Positions 29,375 to 38,428 of a stretch of 64,000 nt of DNA are shown here, in pieces. The notes beneath the pieces were generated by a model. The model made no database searches. It was not told where the DNA came from and saw only the letters and a program-made list of their open reading frames with translations. Where the stretch lies: the IMG/VR virus record IMGVR_UViG_3300031885_000005, positions 1 to 64,000 of that record, one strand, 5' to 3'. The number at the start of each line of letters is the position of its first letter. Position 1 is the stretch's first letter. Source of the stretch: a virus. Both the position numbers and the translations under genes were made by a program.

Positions 29375-29958
29375 TGGTATATTTTAACTTTTAATATGGG
29401 TTTTTGATGCCAAGTCCAACAATTATATTTATCATAAATGTCTTGACATTGTTTGTAAAAATCCAAATCATTTATAAAGGTTCCTATTGATTTTTTAGGT
29501 AAAGAAGGATGAAATTTTTTAAAATCTCCACCTGAGAAATAAATATTAGAATACAGAAACTTAATTTTATTTTGAGTTAAAATTTTATTTACTAATATAT
29601 GGTCTAAGTTTTTATATTCTCCCCAGGGGTTATGAGAAAAAATAATATCATTTTTATTAACAAATTTTAATATTTCATTACTAAACTTTTTCAATCTGGA
29701 ATTGTTATTTTCTGCCCAACGATAAAATCGACTCCAATAATCCAAACAAATAATTTCCGCATCAATAAGTTTTCCGATTTCAAATAACGCAGTTTTCCTA
29801 TATTTCCATTGAGGGCAACAAGTATTAGTTAAATCAGATGAACAACAAATTATTTTTTTAGTATATGGTAATGCATACCAAAAAAAGATAACTTCATCAT
29901 CTGGATGCGAAATAACTATAGTTATATTTTTAGTTAAATTAATCATTTCTTTAACCAT
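29365..29958 (-). CDS. PIG-L/LmbE-family de-N-acetylase
   Basis: VISHPDDE and FSHNPWGEYKNLDH motifs. Confidence 0.8.
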   Translation of the reverse strand: MVKEMINLTKNITIVISHPDDEVIFFWYALPYTKKIICCSSDLTNTCCPQWKYRKTALFEIGKLIDAEIICLDYWSRFYRWAENNNSRLKKFSNEILKFVNKNDIIFSHNPWGEYKNLDHILVNKILTQNKIKFLYSNIYFSGGDFKKFHPSLPKKSIGTFINDLDFYKQCQDIYDKYNCWTWHQKPILKVKIYQCI

Positions 29959-31970
29959 TCTTTATTTTTATATTTTTTATCATTTATTATTTGCTCCCAA
30001 GATTTCTTAGTATATTTTCGTAGATACAGAATTAAAGGTTTTGGAACTGTTATTATAATATTTTTATAATTATAATTTTTTATATGTTGAGAACGGTTTA
30101 TTTCTATTTCAATTTTAAAATCGGTATTTTTTAATAAATCTAAAATAATATTTTTATTTATTTCATTATTCGTTCCCAAATTTAAAAGAGGTTCAGTAAT
30201 TTCTTTTTTTTGAATAATATACAATAAAGTTTCTTTTGCTACCCAATAATAAAGTTTATTTTTGTTTAATATATTAAATAAGGATTCAATTTTTTCATTA
30301 TTATCAATAATAATTTTTGGATTTGTTTTTGCTTTATTTTCTAATAAATTTTGATATAGAGTTTCATAAAGGAATAGCAATTTTTCTGGAGTATAAAAGG
30401 TTTTTCTCCAATTTATTATTTTTTGTTGTGCTTTTTTTAATTCTTTTGGATTATTTATATAAAAATATAAAGTCGATTCCAAAGTTTCAATATTTGTTTT
30501 TATAAAAGGATAGTCTTCTCCACTATAACTGGTTAATGGAATTGCTCCGAAACATGTTGCTTCGAGAGAGGTACAATGAAATTCTTCAAAATTATTATTC
30601 ATATCATCAATTATAATATCGGCTTTTCTTTTTCTATTGAGATTTTCATCAAGAGGCTGTCCTTCTATTAAATCTATTTCAAACTTTAAAGTTGAGTCTT
30701 TTTTTAATTTTTCTAATATTTCTATTACTTCTTCTCTTTTTTTAGAACATAAAGGCATCCTATTTCCTAAATTTTTAATAGTAGGAGCAAAAACTATTAA
30801 TGGAACGGGATTGTCTTTGATTGTTGACTCTTCAAATAAAAATCTAATAATAGGAAGGGTATATGTTGACAATTTTTTATATATTTCTTTTTGTAAAGGT
30901 TGGTCAGCAACAGTAAGGAATGTACTATATTTTTTGACTTGGTTAAGATAAGTTTCATTATAAGATGAATGAATATCATATAAAGTAGTGATAACTATTT
31001 TATTTTTTAATAAAGGTTCAATTTCTTCAAAATAAAACCCATGATGAGCATGAATAATATCTGCTTTTTTTATAAGTTCTATACATTCATTCTTTTGTGT
31101 TTGCCAATAAAATTCATGAGGAAATTTACGAAAAGGAGCAACTGGACTATCGTTATATTCTTTTCCTAAAATATATACTGAGGTATAATTGTTAGAATAA
31201 GCGTTTATTAATTTTGATAATTCATAACCACAATTTGCACAAGGAACGGTGGCTAATTGAATTATTAATTTTTTATTTTTATTGGTATATTTTTTTCTCC
31301 ATTCATCATAATCAAGATTTTTTTTAGTTATATTTTGAAGACCATCGGAATGTTCTATTCTACAATAAAAACTTTCTGGAAAGAATAAAAAATTATAGTT
31401 TTTTTCTTTTGCTCTAATCCAAAACTCCCAATCGCTGTGGGAAATATTTTTATGCCCTCCAATATTTATCCAAATTTCTTTTTTGAATAAACAAGTTCCT
31501 GGAAGACAATTATTTTCTCTTAATTCTTCCAAAGTAAATTTTTCTTTTCCATAGTAATGCATGTCCAAATTAAATGAATCAATGTTTATTAATCTATGTG
31601 TAATTATATCTGCCTCTGGATGTTCTAAAATAAAATTTTTTAATTTTTTCCCCCAATTATTTTCAGGGGAGATATGAAAATCATCATCGTCTAAAAAAAT
31701 AATCCAATTGGATTTGCATTGAATAATTGCCCTATTTCTGGTTCTGGGCAATCCGAGATTATAATTATTTTTTAAAAATTTTATTCTCGGATATTGTTGC
31801 AATAATTCTTCTATTTTTTTAATATGAAAATCAGAAGAACCATCATCAATTACAATTATTTCATCAAAACCTTGATAATAAATAGAATTAATCGCTTTTT
31901 GTATTAAATGACTTCTATTAAATGTTGGAATAATCAAACAAATTGAATTGTTCATTTTTTGGGTATCCAT
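29943..31970 (-). CDS. Multidomain glycosyltransferase: GT2, GT-B-like domain and degenerate LicD-like C-terminus
   Basis: IIPTFNR, VIDDGS, FLDDDD and SDWEFW (GT2); KADIIHAH, VFAPT, KADIIID and SLEATCFG (GT-B); LFNILNKNKLYYWVAKETLL resembles a LicD N-terminus. Confidence 0.8.
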   Translation of the reverse strand: MDTQKMNNSICLIIPTFNRSHLIQKAINSIYYQGFDEIIVIDDGSSDFHIKKIEELLQQYPRIKFLKNNYNLGLPRTRNRAIIQCKSNWIIFLDDDDFHISPENNWGKKLKNFILEHPEADIITHRLINIDSFNLDMHYYGKEKFTLEELRENNCLPGTCLFKKEIWINIGGHKNISHSDWEFWIRAKEKNYNFLFFPESFYCRIEHSDGLQNITKKNLDYDEWRKKYTNKNKKLIIQLATVPCANCGYELSKLINAYSNNYTSVYILGKEYNDSPVAPFRKFPHEFYWQTQKNECIELIKKADIIHAHHGFYFEEIEPLLKNKIVITTLYDIHSSYNETYLNQVKKYSTFLTVADQPLQKEIYKKLSTYTLPIIRFLFEESTIKDNPVPLIVFAPTIKNLGNRMPLCSKKREEVIEILEKLKKDSTLKFEIDLIEGQPLDENLNRKRKADIIIDDMNNNFEEFHCTSLEATCFGAIPLTSYSGEDYPFIKTNIETLESTLYFYINNPKELKKAQQKIINWRKTFYTPEKLLFLYETLYQNLLENKAKTNPKIIIDNNEKIESLFNILNKNKLYYWVAKETLLYIIQKKEITEPLLNLGTNNEINKNIILDLLKNTDFKIEIEINRSQHIKNYNYKNIIITVPKPLILYLRKYTKKSWEQIINDKKYKNKEWLKK

Positions 31971-33049
31971 TCTCCCTGAGATGGTTCTCCTTGTTTTAAC
32001 ATTTTATAAAGTTCCTTTTTGGAAAGACAAATAGAAGAATCAAAAGTATTGAAAGTAATATTTTTCTTTGATTTTTTTCCAGGAGTAAGTATAAAAATTC
32101 TAAATTTTTTAGATTTACTCAAATATTTAGTATTAAATGGATAGACGGTTTCTTCTGTAAATGGAATTTCAGTATTTGAAATCAATTCTTCAACTATTTT
32201 TTCTCTCCCATCAATTCGTATTCCTATTGTTTTTGTTTTCACTTTATAAATTTTTGAAATGACATCTACTAAATCTCCCAAACAAAAAATAGGCATTTCT
32301 CTTGTAATTATTTGCCCTCCTTTTGAATTTAATAATGTCCACAAAAATAAATCTACCGCTTCAGACAATAATAAGGTATATCGTTTCATTTTTGGGTCTG
32401 TGATTTCTAATACTTTTTGTGATTTTGCTGTATCAATCCATATAGGTAAAATAGACCCATAACTACCAAGGAAATTTCCTCCCCTAACCAATGAAAATTT
32501 AGTTTTTATATTTCTTCCTTCTGCTCCTCGTTGGGCACCTATAAATATGTCTTCCATTGCTTTTTTAGTATTTCCATAAACATTAGAAGGATTAGTGGCT
32601 TTATCTGAACTTGCGGCAATCACATGTTCTATATTTCCATTTTGTAAAATTAATTCAGTTAAAATAGAAGTACCTCCTTGATTAATTTCAATTGCTTCTT
32701 TAGGGTGTTGTTGACATTCTTCAATTCGTTTCATCGCTGCTAAATGAAAAACAATATTTACATTTTCTAATGCTTTTTTAAGTTTATCTTTTTCTAATAT
32801 ACTCCCAGGAATATATTCAATTATCATTTTTTTTGATTTATTTTCAAATTCTTTTTTTGTTCTCGCTCGTTTATCCTCAGTTCGACTAAAAATAATTATT
32901 TTTTTTGGATTAAAACTCAATAATCTTTTAGTCAAAACTCTTCCCAAAGACCCAGTACCTCCAGTAATGAGAATTGTTTTATTTTTTAAAATAAGTTTTA
33001 ATTTTTGATTGAAGATTTTTCTTGTCATTATTTTAAATTTCTTTCCCAA
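31952..33049 (-). CDS. NDP-sugar 4,6-dehydratase (PseB/FnlA/CapD family)
   Basis: ITGGTGSLG, FHLAAMK, SSDKATNPSNVYGNTK, VRGGNFLGS and ITDPKMKRY. Confidence 0.85.
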   Translation of the reverse strand: MGKKFKIMTRKIFNQKLKLILKNKTILITGGTGSLGRVLTKRLLSFNPKKIIIFSRTEDKRARTKKEFENKSKKMIIEYIPGSILEKDKLKKALENVNIVFHLAAMKRIEECQQHPKEAIEINQGGTSILTELILQNGNIEHVIAASSDKATNPSNVYGNTKKAMEDIFIGAQRGAEGRNIKTKFSLVRGGNFLGSYGSILPIWIDTAKSQKVLEITDPKMKRYTLLLSEAVDLFLWTLLNSKGGQIITREMPIFCLGDLVDVISKIYKVKTKTIGIRIDGREKIVEELISNTEIPFTEETVYPFNTKYLSKSKKFRIFILTPGKKSKKNITFNTFDSSICLSKKELYKMLKQGEPSQGEWIPKK

Positions 33050-33597
33050 TTATTATAATCATTCGGTTTTTTAAAATTAGGATTAGGAATTTTCCAATTT
33101 TTGCCATATATACATTGCAAATATAATTCTGGATTATGAGGAACTAAAACTTTTAATCCCAAAAATTCTATTTCATCTAAAGTGTTAAGACATTCTTTTG
33201 GAAAATAAAAATATCCACACCATCCTCTATGATAATATTCGGTTTCAGTTTCTTCAAAAATCCAAAAATCAGTATTCCAATGAGCATATTTAGACCAAAA
33301 TTTAATCATATAAGGTCTATCTCCAAATTCTACTCTTTGTTTAAATGCTTTACATTCATATCCTTTAAATGTAAAATCTTGAACAGTTGTTAACTTTGCA
33401 ATTAATTCTTTCTGCGAATCTTTAGAAAATTCTTTTCTTAATATTCCGAAATCAAAATCGCAATCATGAGATAGAAAATCTTTTTCTCTAATAGCACCTA
33501 AAAGAGTACCTCCCTCTAAAAATATACGTAGATTCATTTCTTTTGTTACTTTTAGAGCAATTTCTAAGTCTTTTAATATTAAATGATGTTCCGCCAT
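33028..33597 (-). CDS. licD: LicD/fukutin-family phosphotransferase
   Basis: FLEGGTLLGAIREKDFLSHDCDFDFG, DFW, and VPHNPELYLQCIYGKNWKIP. Confidence 0.85.
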   Translation of the reverse strand: MAEHHLILKDLEIALKVTKEMNLRIFLEGGTLLGAIREKDFLSHDCDFDFGILRKEFSKDSQKELIAKLTTVQDFTFKGYECKAFKQRVEFGDRPYMIKFWSKYAHWNTDFWIFEETETEYYHRGWCGYFYFPKECLNTLDEIEFLGLKVLVPHNPELYLQCIYGKNWKIPNPNFKKPNDYNNWERNLK

Positions 33598-34313
33598 TTA
33601 TCTCTCTCCATTCTAAAATAATTCCACTTTTTATAAAGTATTTCTTGGCATTGGCGTAATGTTTTGGGATTTCTTCTAATAATCGAATAATTGGAAGGTC
33701 TCAATCCATAAGAATAATGATTCGATAATAGTTCTTTATCATAAATTATATCCCATTTATCTAATTCTTTTAATTGAAGGAAAAAATCAAGATGTTCCAT
33801 TAATTTTAATCTTTCATCCCATTGAATGTCATTAAATAATTCTCTTCTTGCTACAAAGAAATTTAATACTAAATCTATTTTTTTAGAATTTTTAAGATAT
33901 AAAATTTGATTTTTAATTTCTAAGGCATATTCGTAATGTTGTTCTATGTCATTTTTTGCTTTATTAATACAACATCCCCCTATGATACCTAATTTTGAAT
34001 TTTCATTAAAATGATAAAGAATTTCATTAGGATTAGAAATTAATTCTATGTCATCATCAGCAACCAATACAAAAGGTTCTGTAACTTTTTCTACTAAGAA
34101 TTTTCTTGCTCCAGGGATTCCAAAATCTTTTGAAATACAATAAATATGATTTCCTCGATTTTCTAATTCTTTATAAAATCGTTTTTTTGTTAAAGTTATT
34201 TCTCCTTGGTCAAGTAGATAAGTAGTAATATTTTTATCAAGATGAGAACTAACACATTTCATCATCATTTCATCCCGTTTTATTGTTGTTACTATTATTG
34301 CTATTTTATTCAT
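33579..34313 (-). CDS. GT2-family glycosyltransferase
   Basis: LLDQG, GIPGARK, VADDD, NFFVAR and WDERLKLMEHLDFF. Confidence 0.85.
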   Translation of the reverse strand: MNKIAIIVTTIKRDEMMMKCVSSHLDKNITTYLLDQGEITLTKKRFYKELENRGNHIYCISKDFGIPGARKFLVEKVTEPFVLVADDDIELISNPNEILYHFNENSKLGIIGGCCINKAKNDIEQHYEYALEIKNQILYLKNSKKIDLVLNFFVARRELFNDIQWDERLKLMEHLDFFLQLKELDKWDIIYDKELLSNHYSYGLRPSNYSIIRRNPKTLRQCQEILYKKWNYFRMERDKWRNII

Positions 34314-35580
34314 ATAATCCTTTTCTTACATGAATTATTTTTCCGAATTCTTTGGTATCAGAATAAGACAGAATCATATCAGTTACTTTTTGAGGAGTTA
34401 ATGATTCTTGTTTATTGATTTTTGTTTTTAATTTTTTCCAAAAGGGGGTAATAACCTTTTCAGGGCATATACAATTGAGATAAATCTCTTTTTTGGCAAG
34501 TTCTTCTGCCTGACTCTCAACCAAACTATGTAAGGCACTTTTTGATGCAGAATAAATAGTAAACCCAAATCTTCCTTTTGTTGCGGAAGAAGAACTAATT
34601 ACAACTATATTAATGGGTCTATCGTGATATTTTCTTATTTTTTTTGCACTTTCTATTAATAATACATTAGCACGAAAATTTACATTCATCATTTCTTCAT
34701 AATGAGATAATAAGGAATCTTCATTTTTATAAGGAATTCCTGCACAATTTATGATTATATCGAGACCGCAATATTTATTAATTAAAGAATCGGAGAAATT
34801 TTCTGACAGATTTAATTCTCTATGAGAAGGAGTCCATATTTGATTGGGATTATATAACAACAGACTTTTATAGGTCGCACTTCCTATTCCTCCAGAAGAA
34901 CCTAATAATAGAATATTTTTATTTTTTAAGTCAGGAATACGAGGAGTATATTCATCATATTTTATCAAATGTTCTAATATAAAGAGGTCATAAGGATAGG
35001 TAATCTTATTATTGGCATGATTTAATTTTATGAAATTAATTTTTGGATTTTTTAATTGTTGATAAATAGCATCAGTATGATTGAAAATATTTATTTCTTT
35101 ATAAAGTTTATCAAATTTTACTACATCAGGAGATTGTATTAATTTATATTTATTTCTATCAGTATCATCAAATAAAGCATCTGTTATTGGTTCGTAAGTA
35201 ACAACGCAATCAAATCCTTTAAGTGCTTCCAAATATTGTGGCAAATCTTCTGCATTAATTAAAGGTCTTACCGCATCTTGAAAAAATACGGTATCTGAAT
35301 TATATTTCTTGATAAATTTTAATGCATTATAAATGGTTTGAGTACGAGTTTTCCCCCCTTTTATTATTTTAATTAAATTTTTATCATAATTTTTGAATAA
35401 ATATTTATATCTTAAATCATTTACTACTATAATTATTTTACTAAAGAGATTGGATTTAATATATTCATCCAATATATAGTGGATTACAATTTTACCGTTG
35501 AGTTTTATGTACTGTTTGGGTATAGAACTACCATATCTTTGACCAGTTCCACCTGCTAAAATAATGCCGATATTATTCAT
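34306..35580 (-). CDS. Bifunctional IspD/TarI cytidylyltransferase plus SDR reductase (Bcs1-like CDP-ribitol synthase)
   Basis: ILAGGTGQR..PKQY, GGKTR, QDAVRP and NKITYPYDL, followed by GSSGGIG, NCAG, SSSSATKGR, YSASK and NCICPEKVITP. Confidence 0.88.
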   Translation of the reverse strand: MNNIGIILAGGTGQRYGSSIPKQYIKLNGKIVIHYILDEYIKSNLFSKIIIVVNDLRYKYLFKNYDKNLIKIIKGGKTRTQTIYNALKFIKKYNSDTVFFQDAVRPLINAEDLPQYLEALKGFDCVVTYEPITDALFDDTDRNKYKLIQSPDVVKFDKLYKEINIFNHTDAIYQQLKNPKINFIKLNHANNKITYPYDLFILEHLIKYDEYTPRIPDLKNKNILLLGSSGGIGSATYKSLLLYNPNQIWTPSHRELNLSENFSDSLINKYCGLDIIINCAGIPYKNEDSLLSHYEEMMNVNFRANVLLIESAKKIRKYHDRPINIVVISSSSATKGRFGFTIYSASKSALHSLVESQAEELAKKEIYLNCICPEKVITPFWKKLKTKINKQESLTPQKVTDMILSYSDTKEFGKIIHVRKGLYE

Positions 35581-35710
35581 TTAATAGTTTCCATAATTTT
35601 TTTATTTTTTCTAAAGTTAATTTTTCTCCTACGAGTTCTTCTATACATAAATAAATAGTTATTGCAATCCCCAAAATAAATCCAATAATTCCATAAATTA
35701 ATTTATCCAT
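35573..35710 (-). CDS. 45-aa single-TM microprotein
   Basis: MDKLIYGIIGFILGIAITIYLCIEELVGEK...; overlaps both neighbours. Confidence 0.55.
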   Translation of the reverse strand: MDKLIYGIIGFILGIAITIYLCIEELVGEKLTLEKIKKLWKLLNE

Positions 35711-36248
35711 TTTGTTCCTTTAACCATTTTTGGTATCGTTGATTAATTTCATTCCAAGTAACGGGATAATATCCCCACACATCTGTTCCGATGTTTATGC
35801 AATCGGTGAAAGACATTCCTTTTCTAACTCTCATTATTTCCCAATTATTATGTACATGACCAACTAAATTTATTTCACAATTGACATTGCAGAATTCTGG
35901 ATTATGAACTAAAAAAATACGACGCCCCCCATGTTTAATAATTGAAGATTCTATACAAGTTTTATTAGTATTATTTGAATCATGATTACCTCGAATAAAT
36001 ATGATATTTTTACATTTTATTTGATTCCGATAATAATCAAATGCTTTTTTAGGTGCTTCCGATGCTTCTGAACTTTTAGTAAAACAAAAATCTCCCAAAT
36101 GAAATAAAGTATCGTTTTCATTCACTCGTTCATTAATATTTTTTATTATAGTACTGTCCATTTCTATTAGAGTTTTAAATGGGCGATTGCAGTATTGACA
36201 AATTCTCCAATGACCTAAATGAGTGTCGCTACAAAAAAATATATTCAT
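35703..36248 (-). CDS. Calcineurin-like metallophosphoesterase
   Basis: SDTHLGH, LGDF, GNHD and GHVH. Confidence 0.9.
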   Translation of the reverse strand: MNIFFCSDTHLGHWRICQYCNRPFKTLIEMDSTIIKNINERVNENDTLFHLGDFCFTKSSEASEAPKKAFDYYRNQIKCKNIIFIRGNHDSNNTNKTCIESSIIKHGGRRIFLVHNPEFCNVNCEINLVGHVHNNWEIMRVRKGMSFTDCINIGTDVWGYYPVTWNEINQRYQKWLKEQNG

Positions 36249-36343
36249 TTTTTCTTCCTAATTATATTTTCTATTTTTATTATTATAAATAATCCAATTG
36301 CCATTCCTATTACTATTAACATATCAAATATTTTTTCTTTCAT
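36245..36343 (-). CDS. 32-aa single-TM microprotein
   Basis: MKEKIFDMLIVIGMAIGLFIIIKIENIIRKKK; ATGA overlap with the next gene. Confidence 0.5.
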   Translation of the reverse strand: MKEKIFDMLIVIGMAIGLFIIIKIENIIRKKK

Positions 36344-36446
36344 TTTTATTCTTCCTGCAAAGGCTGATAATCTTTTTCTATATATGGATATTTTTCTTCT
36401 AACCATCTAATATCCTCTAAAAAATCATAATAATATCGTTCATTAT

Positions 36447-36899
36447 TCATTTTATTTCTATTAATTTATAATTTTCAAGTTCAAAATATATTCTTCTTAT
36501 TTCTAAGGTAAGAACATTTACATAAGTCCAAAACCAAGATAAACTATTTCTTTTTTGAAAATTTTTAGGTCTTTTTATATATCGTATTTTATAATAATCA
36601 TAGGGAGTTTTTACTATCCAAATTAACCCAAAAGGAGATTCTACTTCTTTAGATTCAATCAATCCTTCGGGGCAAACTATACATAAAGAAGAACAAAACT
36701 GAGAATATTCAGTCCATTTTGTATCTTTTTGAAAATCTGGTTTTTTTGTTTTGATTTCAAATCCTCTAATCCATTTATGACCAGTATCAATAATTATTGC
36801 ATCAATTCTTAAATTTCCATGAGTAAATTCAGGAATAAAAATATTCCCATATCGAGCCAAATTTTGTTTTAAAATTTTCTTTATTTCTGAAGATGTCAT
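36447..36899 (-). CDS. MmcB-like PD-(D/E)xK nuclease
   Basis: PEF..RIDAI..GFEIK..DF.KD.KW.EY..FC; likely start 36899 (ATGA overlap, SD GGAG). Confidence 0.7.
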   Translation of the reverse strand: MTSSEIKKILKQNLARYGNIFIPEFTHGNLRIDAIIIDTGHKWIRGFEIKTKKPDFQKDTKWTEYSQFCSSLCIVCPEGLIESKEVESPFGLIWIVKTPYDYYKIRYIKRPKNFQKRNSLSWFWTYVNVLTLEIRRIYFELENYKLIEIK

Positions 36900-38155
36900 T
36901 TTATCTCCAATTTTTTGATTAATGGAAGGCATAAGAAAGAAGTCAATGCCGAGATTATAATTAATAGGTGTAATCCTATTTTTGGAAATAAAAAAGCTCC
37001 AGATAATGAAGAACAAGTTCCAGCAAGATTATTTATGCTGCAAAGTAAGGCGAAAGAAGTGGCTTCTTTGCCTGTGATTGTACTTTTAGCCATCCATGCC
37101 ATTACATTTAAGAAAATAAACATTCCTACTAAACTAAATATTATTCCATAAACTATTGCAGTAACTGGAGTGAAGTAAAGATAACATAGAGTAGTGAAAG
37201 CTCCAATAAAAACTGAATAGAATAGACATTTTTTGATATTTATTTTCTTTCCAAATTTCCAATATAAAACAGACCCAATAATACTTATACCCGAAGTAAT
37301 TGCTCCTAAAATACCCATAAATGTTCCCGACCAATGAAATGAATCTCTTTCTATAAAAAATAAGGGTGTACCAAATGAGGGATTAAAATTATAAAGAAAT
37401 AAAAATAAACAACCAATTAAGAATTTTTTATTAGTAAACAGGTCTTTGTATGAACAAATTGTTTCTAAAATACGAACTTTTTTTTCAGGAAATCGAGGTT
37501 GAAATCCTTCACAAATTCCAATTTCATTATTATCACATTCTAAAGAAAATTTACAATCTATACAAGATTCTTCTGTACTATGTTTTAGTACAGTTGTTCT
37601 ATAACGTAGTACAATACCTACAATAATCAAGTAGAAAGGAATCAAACATAAATACCCAAATTGATAATTAAAATGGTCAGCAACATAACCTCCAATAAGA
37701 CCTGCAACGATTCCTGCTATTGTGATACTCGTCCATTGGATACTTTGAATTCTACCACATTCATTTGCTTCTTTGCCTTCCACACACATAATCCCATCTA
37801 CCGCCACATCTCTTACTGCGGTAGTCCAACTTCCTACTGAAGCTAATAAGATAATAATAGGTAAAGCAAGAAAAGGACTTAATCCTAAATAAAGACAAGT
37901 TATTAAACTTCCCAAAAGAGATATTAGAATCCATTTTTTCTTTGTTAAATAATTGTCGCACAAATATCCCCACAATGGTTTTATCAACCACGCAAGACCT
38001 GTAATTGACCCCAAATACATTATAGTCGAAGGATTAAGATGTAATTTTTCTTTTAAATAAAATGTCAAAGCTAATCCAGGCAATCCCTCTATTCCTTGAG
38101 TGAAATAGACAGAAGAACTAAGTACAAAAATCCAAAATAGTTTATTCTTTTTCAT
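36896..38155 (-). CDS. MFS transporter, BT1 (folate/biopterin)-like
   Basis: About 12 hydrophobic segments; YFTQG, WLIKPLWGYLCD, DVAVDG, IQSIQW and GKEATSFALL. Confidence 0.8.
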   Translation of the reverse strand: MKKNKLFWIFVLSSSVYFTQGIEGLPGLALTFYLKEKLHLNPSTIMYLGSITGLAWLIKPLWGYLCDNYLTKKKWILISLLGSLITCLYLGLSPFLALPIIILLASVGSWTTAVRDVAVDGIMCVEGKEANECGRIQSIQWTSITIAGIVAGLIGGYVADHFNYQFGYLCLIPFYLIIVGIVLRYRTTVLKHSTEESCIDCKFSLECDNNEIGICEGFQPRFPEKKVRILETICSYKDLFTNKKFLIGCLFLFLYNFNPSFGTPLFFIERDSFHWSGTFMGILGAITSGISIIGSVLYWKFGKKINIKKCLFYSVFIGAFTTLCYLYFTPVTAIVYGIIFSLVGMFIFLNVMAWMAKSTITGKEATSFALLCSINNLAGTCSSLSGAFLFPKIGLHLLIIISALTSFLCLPLIKKLEIK

Positions 38156-38333
38156 TTTTCTTTCTTAAATAATATCCAATTGCTTTACTTAAATTTTCCT
38201 TTATCTGTTCATTTATTGCATCATAAATTTCTATAGGAGAATATCCTAAATTAATTAAATCCTCATAAATAAATTTTAAATTAGGTTGTTTGCCAAGAAT
38301 TATATTTAATTTAATGTATTCGGTTATGTTCAT
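38142..38333 (-). CDS. Hypothetical protein
   Basis: Likely start MNITEY at 38333 (track 38375). Confidence 0.45.
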   Translation of the reverse strand: MNITEYIKLNIILGKQPNLKFIYEDLINLGYSPIEIYDAINEQIKENLSKAIGYYLRKKNEKE

Positions 38334-38428
38334 TCTTTCATTTCCTTTATTAATAATAAAAAAGCAAGTATCCATAATATTAATCGATATGACAAATAAA
38401 GACCTAAAAGAATTAAAATTAGTTTCAT
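38330..38428 (-). CDS. 32-aa hydrophobic peptide
   Basis: MKLILILLGLYLSYRLILWILAFLLLIKEMKE; ATGA overlaps on both sides. Confidence 0.6.
   Translation of the reverse strand: MKLILILLGLYLSYRLILWILAFLLLIKEMKE

Noticed and set aside
28341-35580. Host chromosomal LPS/capsule locus at a prophage boundary
   Set aside because: It is flanked on both sides by phage genes, interleaved with phage-type microproteins, shares the GATC avoidance, and has no flippase or polymerase.
34306-35580. MEP-pathway IspD (isoprenoid synthesis)
   Set aside because: The SDR fusion and the LicD/GT context fit CDP-polyol synthesis, and no other isp genes are present.
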